IMG/VR virus record: IMGVR_UViG_2897341779_000002
DNA: 42,611 bases
Source of the DNA: a virus
Lineage: Duplodnaviria > Heunggongvirae > Uroviricota > Caudoviricetes
Direction: 5' to 3' (one strand)
Below are positions 17,473 through 28,753 of the stretch, one piece after another. Below the pieces are notes generated by a model. It was not told where the DNA came from. It saw only the letters and a list, made by a program, of their open reading frames with translations, and did not search any database. A program made the position numbers and the translations under genes. Each line of letters begins with the position of its first letter. The stretch's first letter is position 1.

Positions 17473-18884
17473 CCTCGATTAATCCTATCTTTGAACCGTT
17501 CATTGAGGCGCATCGCTACAAAGTCGCCAAAGGCGGTCGAGGTAGCGGTAAATCATGGGCAATTGCGAGACTGCTTGTTGAAGCGGCGCGTCGGCAGCCA
17601 GTGCGTATTCTCTGCGCTCGTGAACTGCAAAACAGTATCAGCGATTCGGTAATCCGGCTGCTTGAAGACACCATAGAGCGTGAAGGGTATACGGCTGAGT
17701 TTGAAATTCAGCGTTCCATGATTCGTCATCTCGGGACGAATGCTGAGTTCATGTTCTACGGCATCAAAAACAACCCGACGAAGATTAAATCGCTCGAAGG
17801 CATTGATATCTGCTGGGTGGAGGAAGCGGAAGCGGTAACGAAGGAATCATGGGATATCCTGATACCAACCATCCGCAAGCCATTTTCCGAAATATGGGTG
17901 AGCTTCAACCCGAAAAACATCCTCGACGATACCTATCAGCGATTCGTAGTAAACCCTCCCGATGATATTTGTCTGCTGACGGTGAACTACACCGACAACC
18001 CGCACTTTCCTGAAGTTCTCCGTCTGGAGATGGAAGAGTGTAAACGCAGAAACCCGACACTGTATCGTCACATCTGGCTTGGTGAGCCAGTAAGCGCAAG
18101 TGATATGGCAATCATCAAACGTGAATGGCTTGAAGCCGCAACCGATGCGCACAAGAAACTCGGATGGAAAGCGAAAGGCGCTGTTGTCTCTGCGCATGAC
18201 CCATCAGATACAGGGCCAGATGCTAAAGGTTATGCATCGCGTCACGGTTCGGTAGTTAAGCGCATTGCCGAAGGTCTGCTGATGGACATCAACGAGGGTG
18301 CTGACTGGGCTACTTCGCTGGCGATTGAAGACGGCGCTGACCATTACCTGTGGGATGGCGATGGTGTCGGTGCAGGGCTACGCAGACAGACAACGGAAGC
18401 ATTCTCCGGCAAGAAAATTACCGCCACGATGTTCAAGGGCAGCGAATCGCCATTCGATGAAGATGCTCCGTATCAGGCCGGAGCATGGGCTGATGAAGTC
18501 GTACAGGGTGACAACGTTCGCACTATTGGCGATGTATTCCGCAATAAGCGAGCGCAATTCTATTACGCGCTGGCTGACAGGCTGTATCTGACATATCGGG
18601 CGGTTGTCCACGGTGAGTATGCAGACCCCGACGACATGCTGAGCTTCGACAAAGAAGCGATAGGCGAGAAGATGCTGGAGAAACTGTTTGCAGAACTGAC
18701 GCAGATTCAGCGCAAATTCAATAATAACGGGAAACTGGAGCTTATGACTAAGGTCGAAATGAAGCAGAAGCTCGGTATCCCATCTCCTAACCTGGCTGAT
18801 GCGCTGATGATGTGTATGCATTGCCCGGAGTCGGCTGCGCAACCCGACTATTCCAGTTACTCAATTCCTTGTGGTGTAGGTTGA
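17469..18884 (+). CDS. terminase large subunit
   Basis: 471-aa ORF with Walker A-like KVAKGGRGSGKSWAIA; P22/Sf6 gene 2 position. Confidence 0.9.
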   Translation: MTSINPIFEPFIEAHRYKVAKGGRGSGKSWAIARLLVEAARRQPVRILCARELQNSISDSVIRLLEDTIEREGYTAEFEIQRSMIRHLGTNAEFMFYGIKNNPTKIKSLEGIDICWVEEAEAVTKESWDILIPTIRKPFSEIWVSFNPKNILDDTYQRFVVNPPDDICLLTVNYTDNPHFPEVLRLEMEECKRRNPTLYRHIWLGEPVSASDMAIIKREWLEAATDAHKKLGWKAKGAVVSAHDPSDTGPDAKGYASRHGSVVKRIAEGLLMDINEGADWATSLAIEDGADHYLWDGDGVGAGLRRQTTEAFSGKKITATMFKGSESPFDEDAPYQAGAWADEVVQGDNVRTIGDVFRNKRAQFYYALADRLYLTYRAVVHGEYADPDDMLSFDKEAIGEKMLEKLFAELTQIQRKFNNNGKLELMTKVEMKQKLGIPSPNLADALMMCMHCPESAAQPDYSSYSIPCGVG

Positions 18885-18885
18885 T

Positions 18886-21084
18886 ATGGCAGAAAAAAAG
18901 ATGACTGACTGGCATCGCAAGGTGCTGTGCAACTTTGATAATGCCTGGTCAGCAACGCAGGATATGCGTGAGCAGATTATTGAGGCTCAACGTTTCGTCC
19001 GGGTATCCGGCGCACAGTGGGAAGGCAGCACAAACGCTGGTTACTCATTTGATGAAGGCAGGTTTGAGCATTACCCGCGCTTTGAACTGAATAAGATTGC
19101 CCGTGAATGTGATCGCATCATTGGCGAGTATCGACAGAATCGCATCAGCGTTAAATTCAGGCCGAAGGATGACAAGGCATCGGAAGCGTTAGCCAAAAAG
19201 ATGAACGGCAAATTCCGCGCTGACTATCAGGAAACATCAGGTGGCGAAGCGTGTGATAACGCATTTGATGATGCTGTAACGGGCGGATTCGGTTGTTTCC
19301 GCATGTGTGCCGATTACGAAGATGAAATGGACCCAAGTAACGAGCAGCGACGCATCAGCCTTCTTCCTGTTTACGACCCAGCGACATGCGTCTTCTTCGA
19401 TCAGGACAGCAAGCAATATGACCGTTCTGATGCTATGTGGGCTATGGAAATGTTCTCCATGACGCCTAAAGCGTTCGAGGCTGAATACCCTGATTCCATC
19501 GCGGCAGGCCTTTCTCGTGATGAGACTGGCACTCAATATGACTGGTCAACGCCAGATGCCATCTATGTTGGGCGCTACTACGAAGTTCGCATAGAGAAGG
19601 TGAAGCTCACGGCATGGCGCAACCCTGTTAGCGGAGAAACGGCAATCTATGATGAAGAGCAAATCAAAGATATTGTCGACGAGCTGACCGATGGTGCATT
19701 CGAACTGATTGGCGAGCGAACGGTGAAGAAACGCCGCGTTTATTGCGGCCTTCTGTCTGGCGCTGAATGGCTGGAAGAACCGAAGCGTATTCCGGGCGAA
19801 CATATTCCTCTCATCCCGGTATATGGACGTCGCTCATTTGTTGATAATCAGGAACGAATCGAAGGCCACGCAGCAAAAGCGATGGATGCACAGCGTCTTG
19901 AGAACCTGATGGTTTCCATGATTGCAGATAACGCTACTCAGGCTGGCGGTGATGGCATTCCTGTAGTTGATGTTGACATGATTCCTGGTCCTCTCGCCAC
20001 TCATTGGGCGGAGCGCAACAAAAAGCGCCCGGCGTTCCTGCCGATGGTCAGTCTGAAAAACAAAAACGGAGATATTACTGCGCAGGCTCAGGTCAGCAGT
20101 TATACGCCTCCGACACAAATGCCTCCAGCTCTTGCCGGGCTATTGCAGTACACCGGAACGGCTATTCAGCAAATTACAGGTGCGTCGCAGCTTGAGAACA
20201 TGCCGAGCAACGTTGCTACCGATACCGTTGATAGCATCTTTAACCGGATGGATACGCAGTCCTATATCTACATGGACAACATGGCTAAATCCATGCGTCG
20301 CGCTGGCGTTGTGTGGCTTTCTATGGCTCGTGAAGTCTATGGCAGCGATACGCCGATGCGTATCGTTAATGAGGACGGCAGCGATGACGTGGCGCTGATG
20401 ACTGGTGAAGTGGTTGACCGTCAGACAGGGCAGGTTATCGCGCTTAACGACCTTTCGCAGGGTAACTATGAAGTGACTGTCGATGTCGGTCAGTCGTTCG
20501 CTACTCGCCGTGACGCAACGGTTAAGTCGTTACTTTCCATGCTGGCACTTATCCCGCCCGGAACGCCGAAACACGACCTTGTATCGTCGATGATCCTCGA
20601 CAATATGGACGGCGAAGGGATGGACGACCTTAAAGAATACAACCGCAATCAGTTGCTTCTGTCTGGAGTTATCAAGCCGAGAACGCCAGAAGAACAGCAG
20701 ATGGTTGAGCAGGCGAAACAACAACAGGCCAGTCAGCCAGATCCGGCTATGGTTGCTGCGCAAGGTCAGCTTCTTGCTGGTCAGGCTGAATTGCAGAAAG
20801 CGCAGAACGAGCAGGCAGCCATTCAGGTTAAAGCATTCCAGGCACAGACTGATGCTCAGGTTGCAGCGGCAAATGTTGTGAAAATCCTCGCATCTGCCGA
20901 TAGCCAGCAGAAATCTGATATCCGCGAGGCTCTGAAACTGCTCGGACAGTTCCAGCAACAGCAAGGAGACAATGCCCGTGCTGATGCAGAGCTTGTCCTG
21001 AAAAGTCAGGCACAGGGCCATGCGCAGCGCATGGACATCAGCAGCATCCTGCAAAAATCAACTCAGCAACAACCACAGCAGTAA
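18886..21084 (+). CDS. portal protein (P22 gp1-like)
   Basis: 732-aa ORF after terminase with Gln-rich C-terminal barrel-like tail, as in P22 portal. Confidence 0.9.
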   Translation: MAEKKMTDWHRKVLCNFDNAWSATQDMREQIIEAQRFVRVSGAQWEGSTNAGYSFDEGRFEHYPRFELNKIARECDRIIGEYRQNRISVKFRPKDDKASEALAKKMNGKFRADYQETSGGEACDNAFDDAVTGGFGCFRMCADYEDEMDPSNEQRRISLLPVYDPATCVFFDQDSKQYDRSDAMWAMEMFSMTPKAFEAEYPDSIAAGLSRDETGTQYDWSTPDAIYVGRYYEVRIEKVKLTAWRNPVSGETAIYDEEQIKDIVDELTDGAFELIGERTVKKRRVYCGLLSGAEWLEEPKRIPGEHIPLIPVYGRRSFVDNQERIEGHAAKAMDAQRLENLMVSMIADNATQAGGDGIPVVDVDMIPGPLATHWAERNKKRPAFLPMVSLKNKNGDITAQAQVSSYTPPTQMPPALAGLLQYTGTAIQQITGASQLENMPSNVATDTVDSIFNRMDTQSYIYMDNMAKSMRRAGVVWLSMAREVYGSDTPMRIVNEDGSDDVALMTGEVVDRQTGQVIALNDLSQGNYEVTVDVGQSFATRRDATVKSLLSMLALIPPGTPKHDLVSSMILDNMDGEGMDDLKEYNRNQLLLSGVIKPRTPEEQQMVEQAKQQQASQPDPAMVAAQGQLLAGQAELQKAQNEQAAIQVKAFQAQTDAQVAAANVVKILASADSQQKSDIREALKLLGQFQQQQGDNARADAELVLKSQAQGHAQRMDISSILQKSTQQQPQQ

Positions 21085-21174
21085 TTAACCCATAACGTGC
21101 AATGGCTGTCTTTATGAGGCCTGGCACCCTATTGCCTTCCGATGGGCTGAACATCGAGTAAACAGGGGTAACAA

Positions 21175-22068
21175 ATGGACCAGATGGCAGAAAACACACC
21201 AGAAGTTGAAATCGAAACCGACGCGTCAGAGCAGATTCCTGATGATGTCGAACTGGCTGAAAAAGTCGAAACAGAAGATGGCAGTGAGTCCTCAGGCAAT
21301 GATGCAGAGGAGGCTACTGAAACTGATGACGACGAATCAGAACAGGAATTCTACTTTGGTGACGAAAAGCTGGATTCGCCAACCAGCGAAGATGGCGCTG
21401 AGCATGGACTGGTAAAACACCTGCGCAAGACGATTAAAGAGAAAGACCGCGAGCTGAAAGAGCTGATGCGTCAGTCTCAGAAACCCGTCGAGCAGCAGCC
21501 GGTAATCACTCAACCACCGCGAATGCCAAAACTGGATGATGAGGACATCGGTTTCGATGAAGAAATCTACCAGCAACGCATGGCTAAGTGGGCAGAGGAT
21601 AATGGCAAGTACCAGCAACAGGAGATGGCTCGCAAGCAGAAGGAGCAGGAGCTTCAGGCTGCCTATCAAGAGCGATTATCCAAATATCAGCAACGTGTTA
21701 AGGCTCTCAAAGTTCCTGGCTATCAGGAAGCTGAGCAGGCCGTACTCGAGGAAATCCCCATCGAGACACAAAACGCGATCCTGTTTGAGTCAGAGAAGCC
21801 GGAAATCGTTGTTCTGGCGCTTGGTCGCAACGCTGAACTGCGCAAGCAACTGGCAGAAGCTACCAACCCCGTAGCAATTGGTCGTCTGCTGGAACGTATC
21901 GAATCGAAGGCCAGAATCATGCCAAAAGCAAAAACCACGGCAGCCACAACCCCGACGGTTAAGGGGAGCAACGGCGCAGTAATCAACAACCTCGACAAAT
22001 TGAAAGCCAAGGCGCTGGAAACTGGTGACTGGACGCCGTATTTCGCCGCTAAAAAGGCAAAAAAATAA
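21175..22068 (+). CDS. scaffolding protein (P22 gp8-like)
   Basis: 297-aa highly charged helical protein between portal and coat. Confidence 0.8.
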   Translation: MDQMAENTPEVEIETDASEQIPDDVELAEKVETEDGSESSGNDAEEATETDDDESEQEFYFGDEKLDSPTSEDGAEHGLVKHLRKTIKEKDRELKELMRQSQKPVEQQPVITQPPRMPKLDDEDIGFDEEIYQQRMAKWAEDNGKYQQQEMARKQKEQELQAAYQERLSKYQQRVKALKVPGYQEAEQAVLEEIPIETQNAILFESEKPEIVVLALGRNAELRKQLAEATNPVAIGRLLERIESKARIMPKAKTTAATTPTVKGSNGAVINNLDKLKAKALETGDWTPYFAAKKAKK

Positions 22069-22086
22069 CCTATCGGAGCATTAAGC

Positions 22087-23340
22087 ATGGATAACCAATT
22101 AGCAAAAGACCTTGAAATCATGTTCGAAAACTACGTTGAAGGCTTTGAGGCCGCCTGCGTAGTTTCCCGTAACGCTAAAAAATTCCGTCCCGGTGATACA
22201 GCAATGCAGCGAGCAGGTGATGTTCTGTATCGTCCGCAGCATTACCACATGAACATTGAGGAAGGCCTCGACCTCAGCAGCAAAACGCCAACAGCACTGG
22301 TTCAGCGCCTTGTTCCTTCAGTGTTCAAGGAGCCGAAAAACATTCTGTACACTCTGGATGCGCGTGAAATGCGTGACCCTGAGCATAAAACTGAAGCTGG
22401 TCGCGCCGCAGGTATGCGCCTTGCTGCACAGATTGACTCTGACCTGATTTCCATGGTCACGCAGCGTGCTACTAACGTGATCACAATGGCTGACTCAACC
22501 ACTGGTTCACAGGGCCGTGATTTGTGGAACTGTGCGGCAGGTATTGATGCCACCATGACGGCGATTGGTGTGCCACAGGGTATCAACCGCCGCTCTTTTT
22601 GGAACCCCTTCAACTACAAAGACCTTGCTGGCGAGCTTGGTCACCGAGCCTACGCTCAGGGCGCAACCCTGACAGCATACGAAAAAGCGCAGATCCCTCC
22701 GGTTGCTTCCTTTGATAGCTACAAGACCGATATTTCTGGTCGATTACCGAAAGGAAGCACTGAATCCTTGACAGTATCAGGCCAACCTGAACACAAGGTT
22801 GAAGCGAAAGATTCAAATGGTATGCCAGTTGATAACCGACAGGGGACTATTACGGTATCTGCATCTGGCTTGCAGGTTGGTGATGCGTTCACCATTGCCG
22901 GTGTGAATTCCGTACACCAGATCACAAAAGATACCACCGGTCAACCGCAGGTATTCCGTGTTCTGGCTGTTAGCGGAACTACCGTAACAATTTCTCCAAA
23001 GATTCTCCCTGTTGAAAATACTGATGTTGCGAGTCGTCCATATGCAAACGTCGATGCCAAACCGGCAGAATCAGCAGCAATCACCATTCTCAACAAGAAC
23101 GCAGCACCTGCTAACCTGTTCTGGGCTGATGGTTCTGTTGAACTGATGTACGGCAAACTGGCGTTCCCAACTGGTCAGGGTCCACAGGTAATGACAGCAA
23201 CCACCGAGCAGGGCGCTACGCTGATCATGTCTTACTCCTTCGACCACATCAAAGGCGTAACCACTGCGCGTTTCACCACTCTGTACGGTTGCTCTGTACT
23301 GGTTCCTGAATATACGGGCATCGTTATTGCTGGGCAGTAA
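22087..23340 (+). CDS. major coat protein (P22 gp5-like)
   Basis: 417-aa ORF with GGAG RBS, followed by a strong terminator. Confidence 0.9.
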   Translation: MDNQLAKDLEIMFENYVEGFEAACVVSRNAKKFRPGDTAMQRAGDVLYRPQHYHMNIEEGLDLSSKTPTALVQRLVPSVFKEPKNILYTLDAREMRDPEHKTEAGRAAGMRLAAQIDSDLISMVTQRATNVITMADSTTGSQGRDLWNCAAGIDATMTAIGVPQGINRRSFWNPFNYKDLAGELGHRAYAQGATLTAYEKAQIPPVASFDSYKTDISGRLPKGSTESLTVSGQPEHKVEAKDSNGMPVDNRQGTITVSASGLQVGDAFTIAGVNSVHQITKDTTGQPQVFRVLAVSGTTVTISPKILPVENTDVASRPYANVDAKPAESAAITILNKNAAPANLFWADGSVELMYGKLAFPTGQGPQVMTATTEQGATLIMSYSFDHIKGVTTARFTTLYGCSVLVPEYTGIVIAGQ

Positions 23341-23347
23341 TTTTGGT

Positions 23348-23370
23348 GGGGCTTCGGCCCCATTTTTATT
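23348..23370 (+). terminator. rho-independent terminator after the coat gene
   Basis: GGGGC-TTCG-GCCCC hairpin followed by TTTTTATT. Confidence 0.6.
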
Positions 23371-23381
23371 GGGAGAAGACA

Positions 23382-23570
23382 ATGGCACGAACAATGCTCT
23401 ATAAGCCAGGCAACATGATCACCTGCGGTCAGTTTGCTGTCGATTACATCATTGTTGATGACGAAGAAGTTAAATCTCACCTGAAAAAAGGTTGGGTAAA
23501 AACTCCTGAAGAAACCGCAACGAAGCAAAAAGTGGCTAAGGCGGAAGAAGATGGCGAAAACGAAGGGTGA
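23382..23570 (+). CDS. hypothetical small protein (62 aa)
   Basis: ORF from ATG 23382 with GGGAGAAG upstream. Confidence 0.45.
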   Translation: MARTMLYKPGNMITCGQFAVDYIIVDDEEVKSHLKKGWVKTPEETATKQKVAKAEEDGENEG

Positions 23571-24012
23571 TCTCGTTCTAAAGGCTTTACGAAAAGCCGG
23601 GCTGTATTCCAATGCCACGTTGACAGATGCTGACCCTCAGGCAATTGAAGATGCCATTAATGACCTCGAAGACATGATGGCAGCATGGCAGGCGAAAGGT
23701 ATCGAGCTTGGGTATCAGTTTGCTGATACAGAAAACGGCATCATGCCGTTACCTGACGATGATTCAGGCATCCCTGCATGGGCAAATGATGGCGTCGCTT
23801 TGAAACTCGCTGTGCAAGTGTGCATGGATAACGTCATTCAGCCGTCAGACGCTCTCCTTACCGCTGCTGACAGTGCATATCAGACAATCTGTATCGCTTT
23901 AACCAAAATACCACCACTTGAGCGGCGAAATGACATGCCTCGCGGTAGTGGTAACAAAAGCGCGTTTACGTGGAATCGGTTTTACATCGAGAAAGATGAT
24001 CCGAGTACGTGA
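23551..24012 (+). CDS. head-to-tail adaptor (P22 gp4-like)
   Basis: 153-aa ORF in the gp4 position; size and order match P22. Confidence 0.75.
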   Translation: MAKTKGDLVLKALRKAGLYSNATLTDADPQAIEDAINDLEDMMAAWQAKGIELGYQFADTENGIMPLPDDDSGIPAWANDGVALKLAVQVCMDNVIQPSDALLTAADSAYQTICIALTKIPPLERRNDMPRGSGNKSAFTWNRFYIEKDDPST

Positions 24013-24021
24013 GGTGAATAA

Positions 24022-25440
24022 ATGCCGATTCAGCAACTTCCGCTTATGAAAGGTGTCGGCAAAGACTTTCGAAACGCCGACTATATCGACTATCTGCCAG
24101 TGAATATGTTGGCTACGCCCAAAGAAATCCTGAACAGCAGCGGATATCTTCGCTCATTCCCGGGCATTGCCAAACGTTCTGATGTGAATGGTATATCGCG
24201 CGGCGTCGAGTACAACATGGCGCAGAGTGCTGTTTATCGCGTGTGTGGCGGCAAGCTGTACAAAGGAGAAAGCGAAGTCGGTGACGTCGCCGGAAGTGGT
24301 CGCGTATCAATGGCGCATGGTCGAACATCACAGGCTGTAGGCGTTAATGGTCAACTGGTCGAGTATCGTTATGATGGCACGGTTAAAACCGTCTCAAACT
24401 GGCCTACAGACAGTGGATTCACGCAGTATGAGTTAGGTTCAGTTCGCGACATTACTCGCTTACGTGGGCGTTATGCGTGGTCAAAAGACGGAACTGATTC
24501 ATGGTTTATCACTGACCTTGAAGACGAATCGCACCCTGACCGATACAGTGCACAATATCGCGCAGAATCGCAGCCGGACGGCATCATCGGTATCGGGACA
24601 TGGCGAGACTTCATCGTCTGCTTTGGTTCATCGACTATTGAATATTTCTCCCTGACTGGCGCAACCACCGTTGGTGCTGCTTTGTATGTCGCACAGCCAT
24701 CACTGATGGTGCAAAAAGGCATCGCCGGAACCTATTGCAAAACGCCATTCGCTGATTCCTATGCGTTCATCAGCAATCCGGCAACAGGTGCGCCGTCTGT
24801 ATACATCATCGGTTCCGGGCAGGTGTCACCAATCGCCAGCGCGAGCATTGAGAAAATTCTTCGCTCCTACACTGCTGATGAACTGGCTGATGGTGTGATG
24901 GAGTCTCTGCGATTTGATGCGCATGAGCTGCTGATTATCCATCTTCCGCGCCATGTCCTCGTATACGACGCATCTTCAAGCGCCAATGCTCCGCAATGGT
25001 GTGTACTGAAAACAGGTCTGTATGACGATGTGTACCGCGCTATCGACTTCATTTACGAAGGCAATCAGATAACGTGCGGCGATAAGCTGGAGTCCGTGAC
25101 CGGGAAATTGCAATTCGACATCAGCAGCCAGTACGACAAGCAACAGGAGCATCTGCTGTTTACTCCTCTGTTCAAAGCGGATAACGCCAGAGTTTTCGAC
25201 CTTGAAGTTGAATCTTCAACTGGCGTTGCGCAGTACGCCGACCGCCTTTTTCTCTCTGCAACCACTGACGGCATCAATTACGGTCGTGAGCAGATGATTG
25301 AGCAGAATGAACCGTTTGTTTACGACAAACGCGTTTTGTGGAAGCGAGTCGGGCGCATCAGGAAAAATGTCGGCTTCAAATTGCGCGTTATCACGAAGTC
25401 ACCTGTCACTCTGTCTGGCTGCCAGATAAGGATCGAGTAA
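24022..25440 (+). CDS. tail hub protein (P22 gp10-like)
   Basis: 472-aa ORF, same length and position as P22 gp10. Confidence 0.8.
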   Translation: MPIQQLPLMKGVGKDFRNADYIDYLPVNMLATPKEILNSSGYLRSFPGIAKRSDVNGISRGVEYNMAQSAVYRVCGGKLYKGESEVGDVAGSGRVSMAHGRTSQAVGVNGQLVEYRYDGTVKTVSNWPTDSGFTQYELGSVRDITRLRGRYAWSKDGTDSWFITDLEDESHPDRYSAQYRAESQPDGIIGIGTWRDFIVCFGSSTIEYFSLTGATTVGAALYVAQPSLMVQKGIAGTYCKTPFADSYAFISNPATGAPSVYIIGSGQVSPIASASIEKILRSYTADELADGVMESLRFDAHELLIIHLPRHVLVYDASSSANAPQWCVLKTGLYDDVYRAIDFIYEGNQITCGDKLESVTGKLQFDISSQYDKQQEHLLFTPLFKADNARVFDLEVESSTGVAQYADRLFLSATTDGINYGREQMIEQNEPFVYDKRVLWKRVGRIRKNVGFKLRVITKSPVTLSGCQIRIE

Positions 25441-26141
25441 TGGCTGATTCGAATCTCAACACCCCTGTTATTGTGCAGGCGACGCGGCTCGATACATCAA
25501 TCCTTCCACGCAATATATTCAGCCAGTCTTACCTGCTGTATGTCATTAATCAGGGGGCTGATGTCGGCGCAATTGCCGGGAAAGCAAATCAGGCTGGTCA
25601 GGGCGCTTACGATGCTCAGGTGAAAAACGATGAACAGGATGTCGAACTGGCTGACCACGATGCAAGAATCACCGCAAACACAAAAGCGATAAATCTCCTT
25701 GAGGTCAGGTTAACAACCGCCGAAGGGAAGATAGTTGTACTGCGTAGCGATGTTGATTACTTGCTGGATGAGGTTATCGATATTCAGGCGCATCTGGTCA
25801 CTGTTGACCAAAGACTGGATGGCGTAGAAAGCGATATATCTGACATTAAGAGTGATTACGTATCGAAAACCGTAACAGAATCGCAGTCTCTTGCGTCACC
25901 GCTGGATGTAAAAACATCATATTCAGTTGATGGAATTCAGGTCGTTGGAGCAAGGCAGACCGGATGGACAGCGGCCACAGGCACACCACTTCTTGGCTCA
26001 TTCAACGCTAACCAGTCATACACGGTCGGCACTACGTACACACAATCCGAAGTCGCAGCTATCGCTACAGGTTTGGAGCAGGCGCGGCAGCGTATTCTGG
26101 CGCTTGAAACAGCACTTAGATTACATGGGCTGATTGACTGA
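25440..26141 (+). CDS. tail needle (P22 gp26-like)
   Basis: From ATG 25440 (TAATG overlap) the 233-aa product [73 protein letters not shown]... matches P22 gp26 from memory. Confidence 0.9.
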   Translation: MADSNLNTPVIVQATRLDTSILPRNIFSQSYLLYVINQGADVGAIAGKANQAGQGAYDAQVKNDEQDVELADHDARITANTKAINLLEVRLTTAEGKIVVLRSDVDYLLDEVIDIQAHLVTVDQRLDGVESDISDIKSDYVSKTVTESQSLASPLDVKTSYSVDGIQVVGARQTGWTAATGTPLLGSFNANQSYTVGTTYTQSEVAAIATGLEQARQRILALETALRLHGLID

Positions 26142-26596
26142 TGATTACATTCAAACCAACGCGAAACATCGACCTGATCGAAGCAGTAGGAAATCACCCT
26201 GACATCATCGCCGGGAGCAACAACGGTGATGGATACGACTACAAACCTGATTGCCGTTACTTTGAGGTGAACGTGCACGGTCAGTTTGGCGGCATTGTTT
26301 ACTATCAGGAGATTCAGCCGCTTACATTCGATTGCCACGCCATGTACCTGCCAGAGATTCGCGGCTTCAGCAAGGAAATAGGGCTGGCGTTCTGGCGATA
26401 CATTCTGACCAACACCACCGTTCAGTGCGTCACATCATTTGCTGCACGCAAATTCCGCCACGGGCAGATGTACTGCGCAATGATTGGCCTTAAGCGTGTA
26501 GGAACCATCAAGAAATACTTCAAAGGCGTGGATGACGTGACGTTTTACAGCGCCACACGCGAAGAACTAATCGACTTCCTGAATCACGGGAGATAG
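26141..26596 (+). CDS. P22 gp14-like virion assembly protein
   Basis: 151-aa ORF in the gene 14 position. Confidence 0.65.
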   Translation: MITFKPTRNIDLIEAVGNHPDIIAGSNNGDGYDYKPDCRYFEVNVHGQFGGIVYYQEIQPLTFDCHAMYLPEIRGFSKEIGLAFWRYILTNTTVQCVTSFAARKFRHGQMYCAMIGLKRVGTIKKYFKGVDDVTFYSATREELIDFLNHGR

Positions 26597-26598
26597 CC

Positions 26599-27291
26599 AT
26601 GTTATATGCATTTACGCTGGGCAGAAAACTGCGCGGCGAGGAACCTTATTACCCTGAAAAAGGCGGGAAAGGTGGCAGTTCTGATAAAAGCGCAAAGTAT
26701 GCAGCAGAAGCTCAGAAGTATGCCGCAGACCTGCAAAATCAGCAGTTCAACACCATCATGAACAACCTGAAGCTGTTTACTCCTCTGGCTGGGAAGTATG
26801 TCGGCAGCCTTGAGAACTTATCGTCTCTGGAAGGGCAAGGTCAGGCACTTAACCAGTATTACAACTCTCAGCAGTATAAAGACCTTGCAGGTCAGGCTCG
26901 CTATCAGAGTCTGGCGGCAGCGGAAGCAACAGGTGGATTGGGTTCCACCGCAACCAGTAATCAGTTAGCAACAATCGCACCAACGCTTGGTCAGCAATGG
27001 CTATCTGGACAAATGAACAATTACAACAACCTGGCAAATATCGGTCTTGGCGCTCTTCAGGGGCAGGCAAACGCCGGGCAAACATATGCCAACAACATGA
27101 GTCAGATTTCACAGCAAAGCGCGGCTCTTGCAGCGGCAAACGCCAACCGACCGTCAGCATTGCAGCAGGGTGTTAGTGGTGCTGCATCCGGTGCGCTTTT
27201 GGGTGGTGGCATAGCCAGTGCTCTCGAGCTATCAACTCCGTGGGGTGCTGGTATCGGTGCTGGTCTTGGTCTGCTTGGCTCGTTGTTTTAA
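26599..27291 (+). CDS. ejection (injection) protein, gp7-like
   Basis: 230-aa Gly/Ala/Gln-rich ORF in the gene 7 position. Confidence 0.7.
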   Translation: MLYAFTLGRKLRGEEPYYPEKGGKGGSSDKSAKYAAEAQKYAADLQNQQFNTIMNNLKLFTPLAGKYVGSLENLSSLEGQGQALNQYYNSQQYKDLAGQARYQSLAAAEATGGLGSTATSNQLATIAPTLGQQWLSGQMNNYNNLANIGLGALQGQANAGQTYANNMSQISQQSAALAAANANRPSALQQGVSGAASGALLGGGIASALELSTPWGAGIGAGLGLLGSLF

Positions 27292-27301
27292 GGGGTAATC
27301 A

Positions 27302-28753
27302 ATGGCTACGTGGCAACAGGGTATTAATTCTGGTGGGTTTCTGGCTGGCATCGGTACGCAAAATGAGAATGCGCCAAAGGCAAGCGACATTAACGCAACG
27401 CTTGGTCTGATCCGCGAAAACAATGAACTGGCTCGATCAGGTGCAAATAACGTTGCTCTGACAGGTCTTCGTGGTCTGGCTGGAGTTGCTGATATTTATA
27501 AGCAGCAGCAAAAGCAGGAGCGTAAAGCGGCATTCCAGAAAGGTTATGCGGATGCTTATGCGTCCGGCGACAGGGAGCAGATGCGTAATCTTATTACAGC
27601 ATTCCCCGAAGAGTTTGAGGAAGTCCGTAAAGGCATGGGGTATGTCGATGACGCCCAGCGGGATGATTTTGGCAATCTGGCGCTTAAGGCTCAGGTCGCT
27701 TCGTCGCTTGGTCCGGGTGCATTTGGCAGGTTCATGATGGATAACGAAAAGGAGATGCGTCGTTTAGGTATCCCTCCAGAAACTATTGCGGAAATGCAGG
27801 TTAATGACCCGCAGGGCTTCCAGCACTTCGCAGGTAATCTGGCACTATTTTCTCTCGGTCATGAGAAGTATTTCGATATCAAAGATCAAATGGAAGGTCG
27901 GGATATTGAGCGTGGCAAGTTGGCAGAGACGATTCGCAGCAATAAAGCTGGGGAAGGTTTAAAGGCGCAAAGCATTGCTGTTAGCCGTGAAAACTCCCTG
28001 CGCACTGCTGGAGGTGCTGTTCCTGCATCTGTTAAAGAATATCAATATTTCAACAGCCTGTCTCCAGAGCAACAAAAGACATATCTTCGTGTTCGAGGTC
28101 GTCCTGATGCTGGCGGGGAGAATGTTGTGCAACTGGCAGATGGCAGAACGGTAACGGTTGGTAGGAAGCTTCACGGCGCTGGTGCTAATGCGTTCTACGA
28201 AGGAATAGACAACGAGGGCAATATGATTCGCGTCCCCGCCAGTTCTATTGCTGCTCCGGCTACATCGGCAGCTAATGCACAGAATTACGAAATGAAGAAA
28301 GATCTTGATGCAATTTCTGGCGCATCAATTGACGATCTTGGCTTCATGACAGGTATTACAGGTTCTTCAGGTTCTTTTGCTCTTGGTGCAGATATTCGTA
28401 GCAGGGCATCTGGTGTTGAGGAGAGGAGGCTATACAACGCTGCACAGCGAATCATGGGCAAAATGCAAAATCAGGGGATTGCAGCAGCCCGAGATATGGG
28501 GGCATCTGGCATCAACACCGAAGCAGAGGCCAATAGGTATTTTCAGGGTATGCCAAAGCCTGATTTCTCAAGTCCTGAAGCGCTGCAACAATCAATGCGC
28601 GACATTCAGCAATATACCGACAATTACAACCAGCAATATAACGTTAATGTTGGTAATGGCGGGAAGAAATCATCAAGGCAACAGCCAGCTACTCAGCAAT
28701 CAGCAGGAGGTAGCTACACGTCAAAATCAGGCATTCAATTTACGGTGGAATGA
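27302..28753 (+). CDS. ejection (injection) protein, gp20-like
   Basis: 483-aa ORF in the gene 20 position. Confidence 0.7.
   Translation: MATWQQGINSGGFLAGIGTQNENAPKASDINATLGLIRENNELARSGANNVALTGLRGLAGVADIYKQQQKQERKAAFQKGYADAYASGDREQMRNLITAFPEEFEEVRKGMGYVDDAQRDDFGNLALKAQVASSLGPGAFGRFMMDNEKEMRRLGIPPETIAEMQVNDPQGFQHFAGNLALFSLGHEKYFDIKDQMEGRDIERGKLAETIRSNKAGEGLKAQSIAVSRENSLRTAGGAVPASVKEYQYFNSLSPEQQKTYLRVRGRPDAGGENVVQLADGRTVTVGRKLHGAGANAFYEGIDNEGNMIRVPASSIAAPATSAANAQNYEMKKDLDAISGASIDDLGFMTGITGSSGSFALGADIRSRASGVEERRLYNAAQRIMGKMQNQGIAAARDMGASGINTEAEANRYFQGMPKPDFSSPEALQQSMRDIQQYTDNYNQQYNVNVGNGGKKSSRQQPATQQSAGGSYTSKSGIQFTVE

Noticed and set aside
17847-21054. Minus-strand ORFs inside the terminase and portal genes (17847..18197, 18378..18842, 19237..19536, 19546..19803, 19834..20118, 20530..21054)
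   Set aside because: They are antisense to long, well-supported structural genes and have no independent support.
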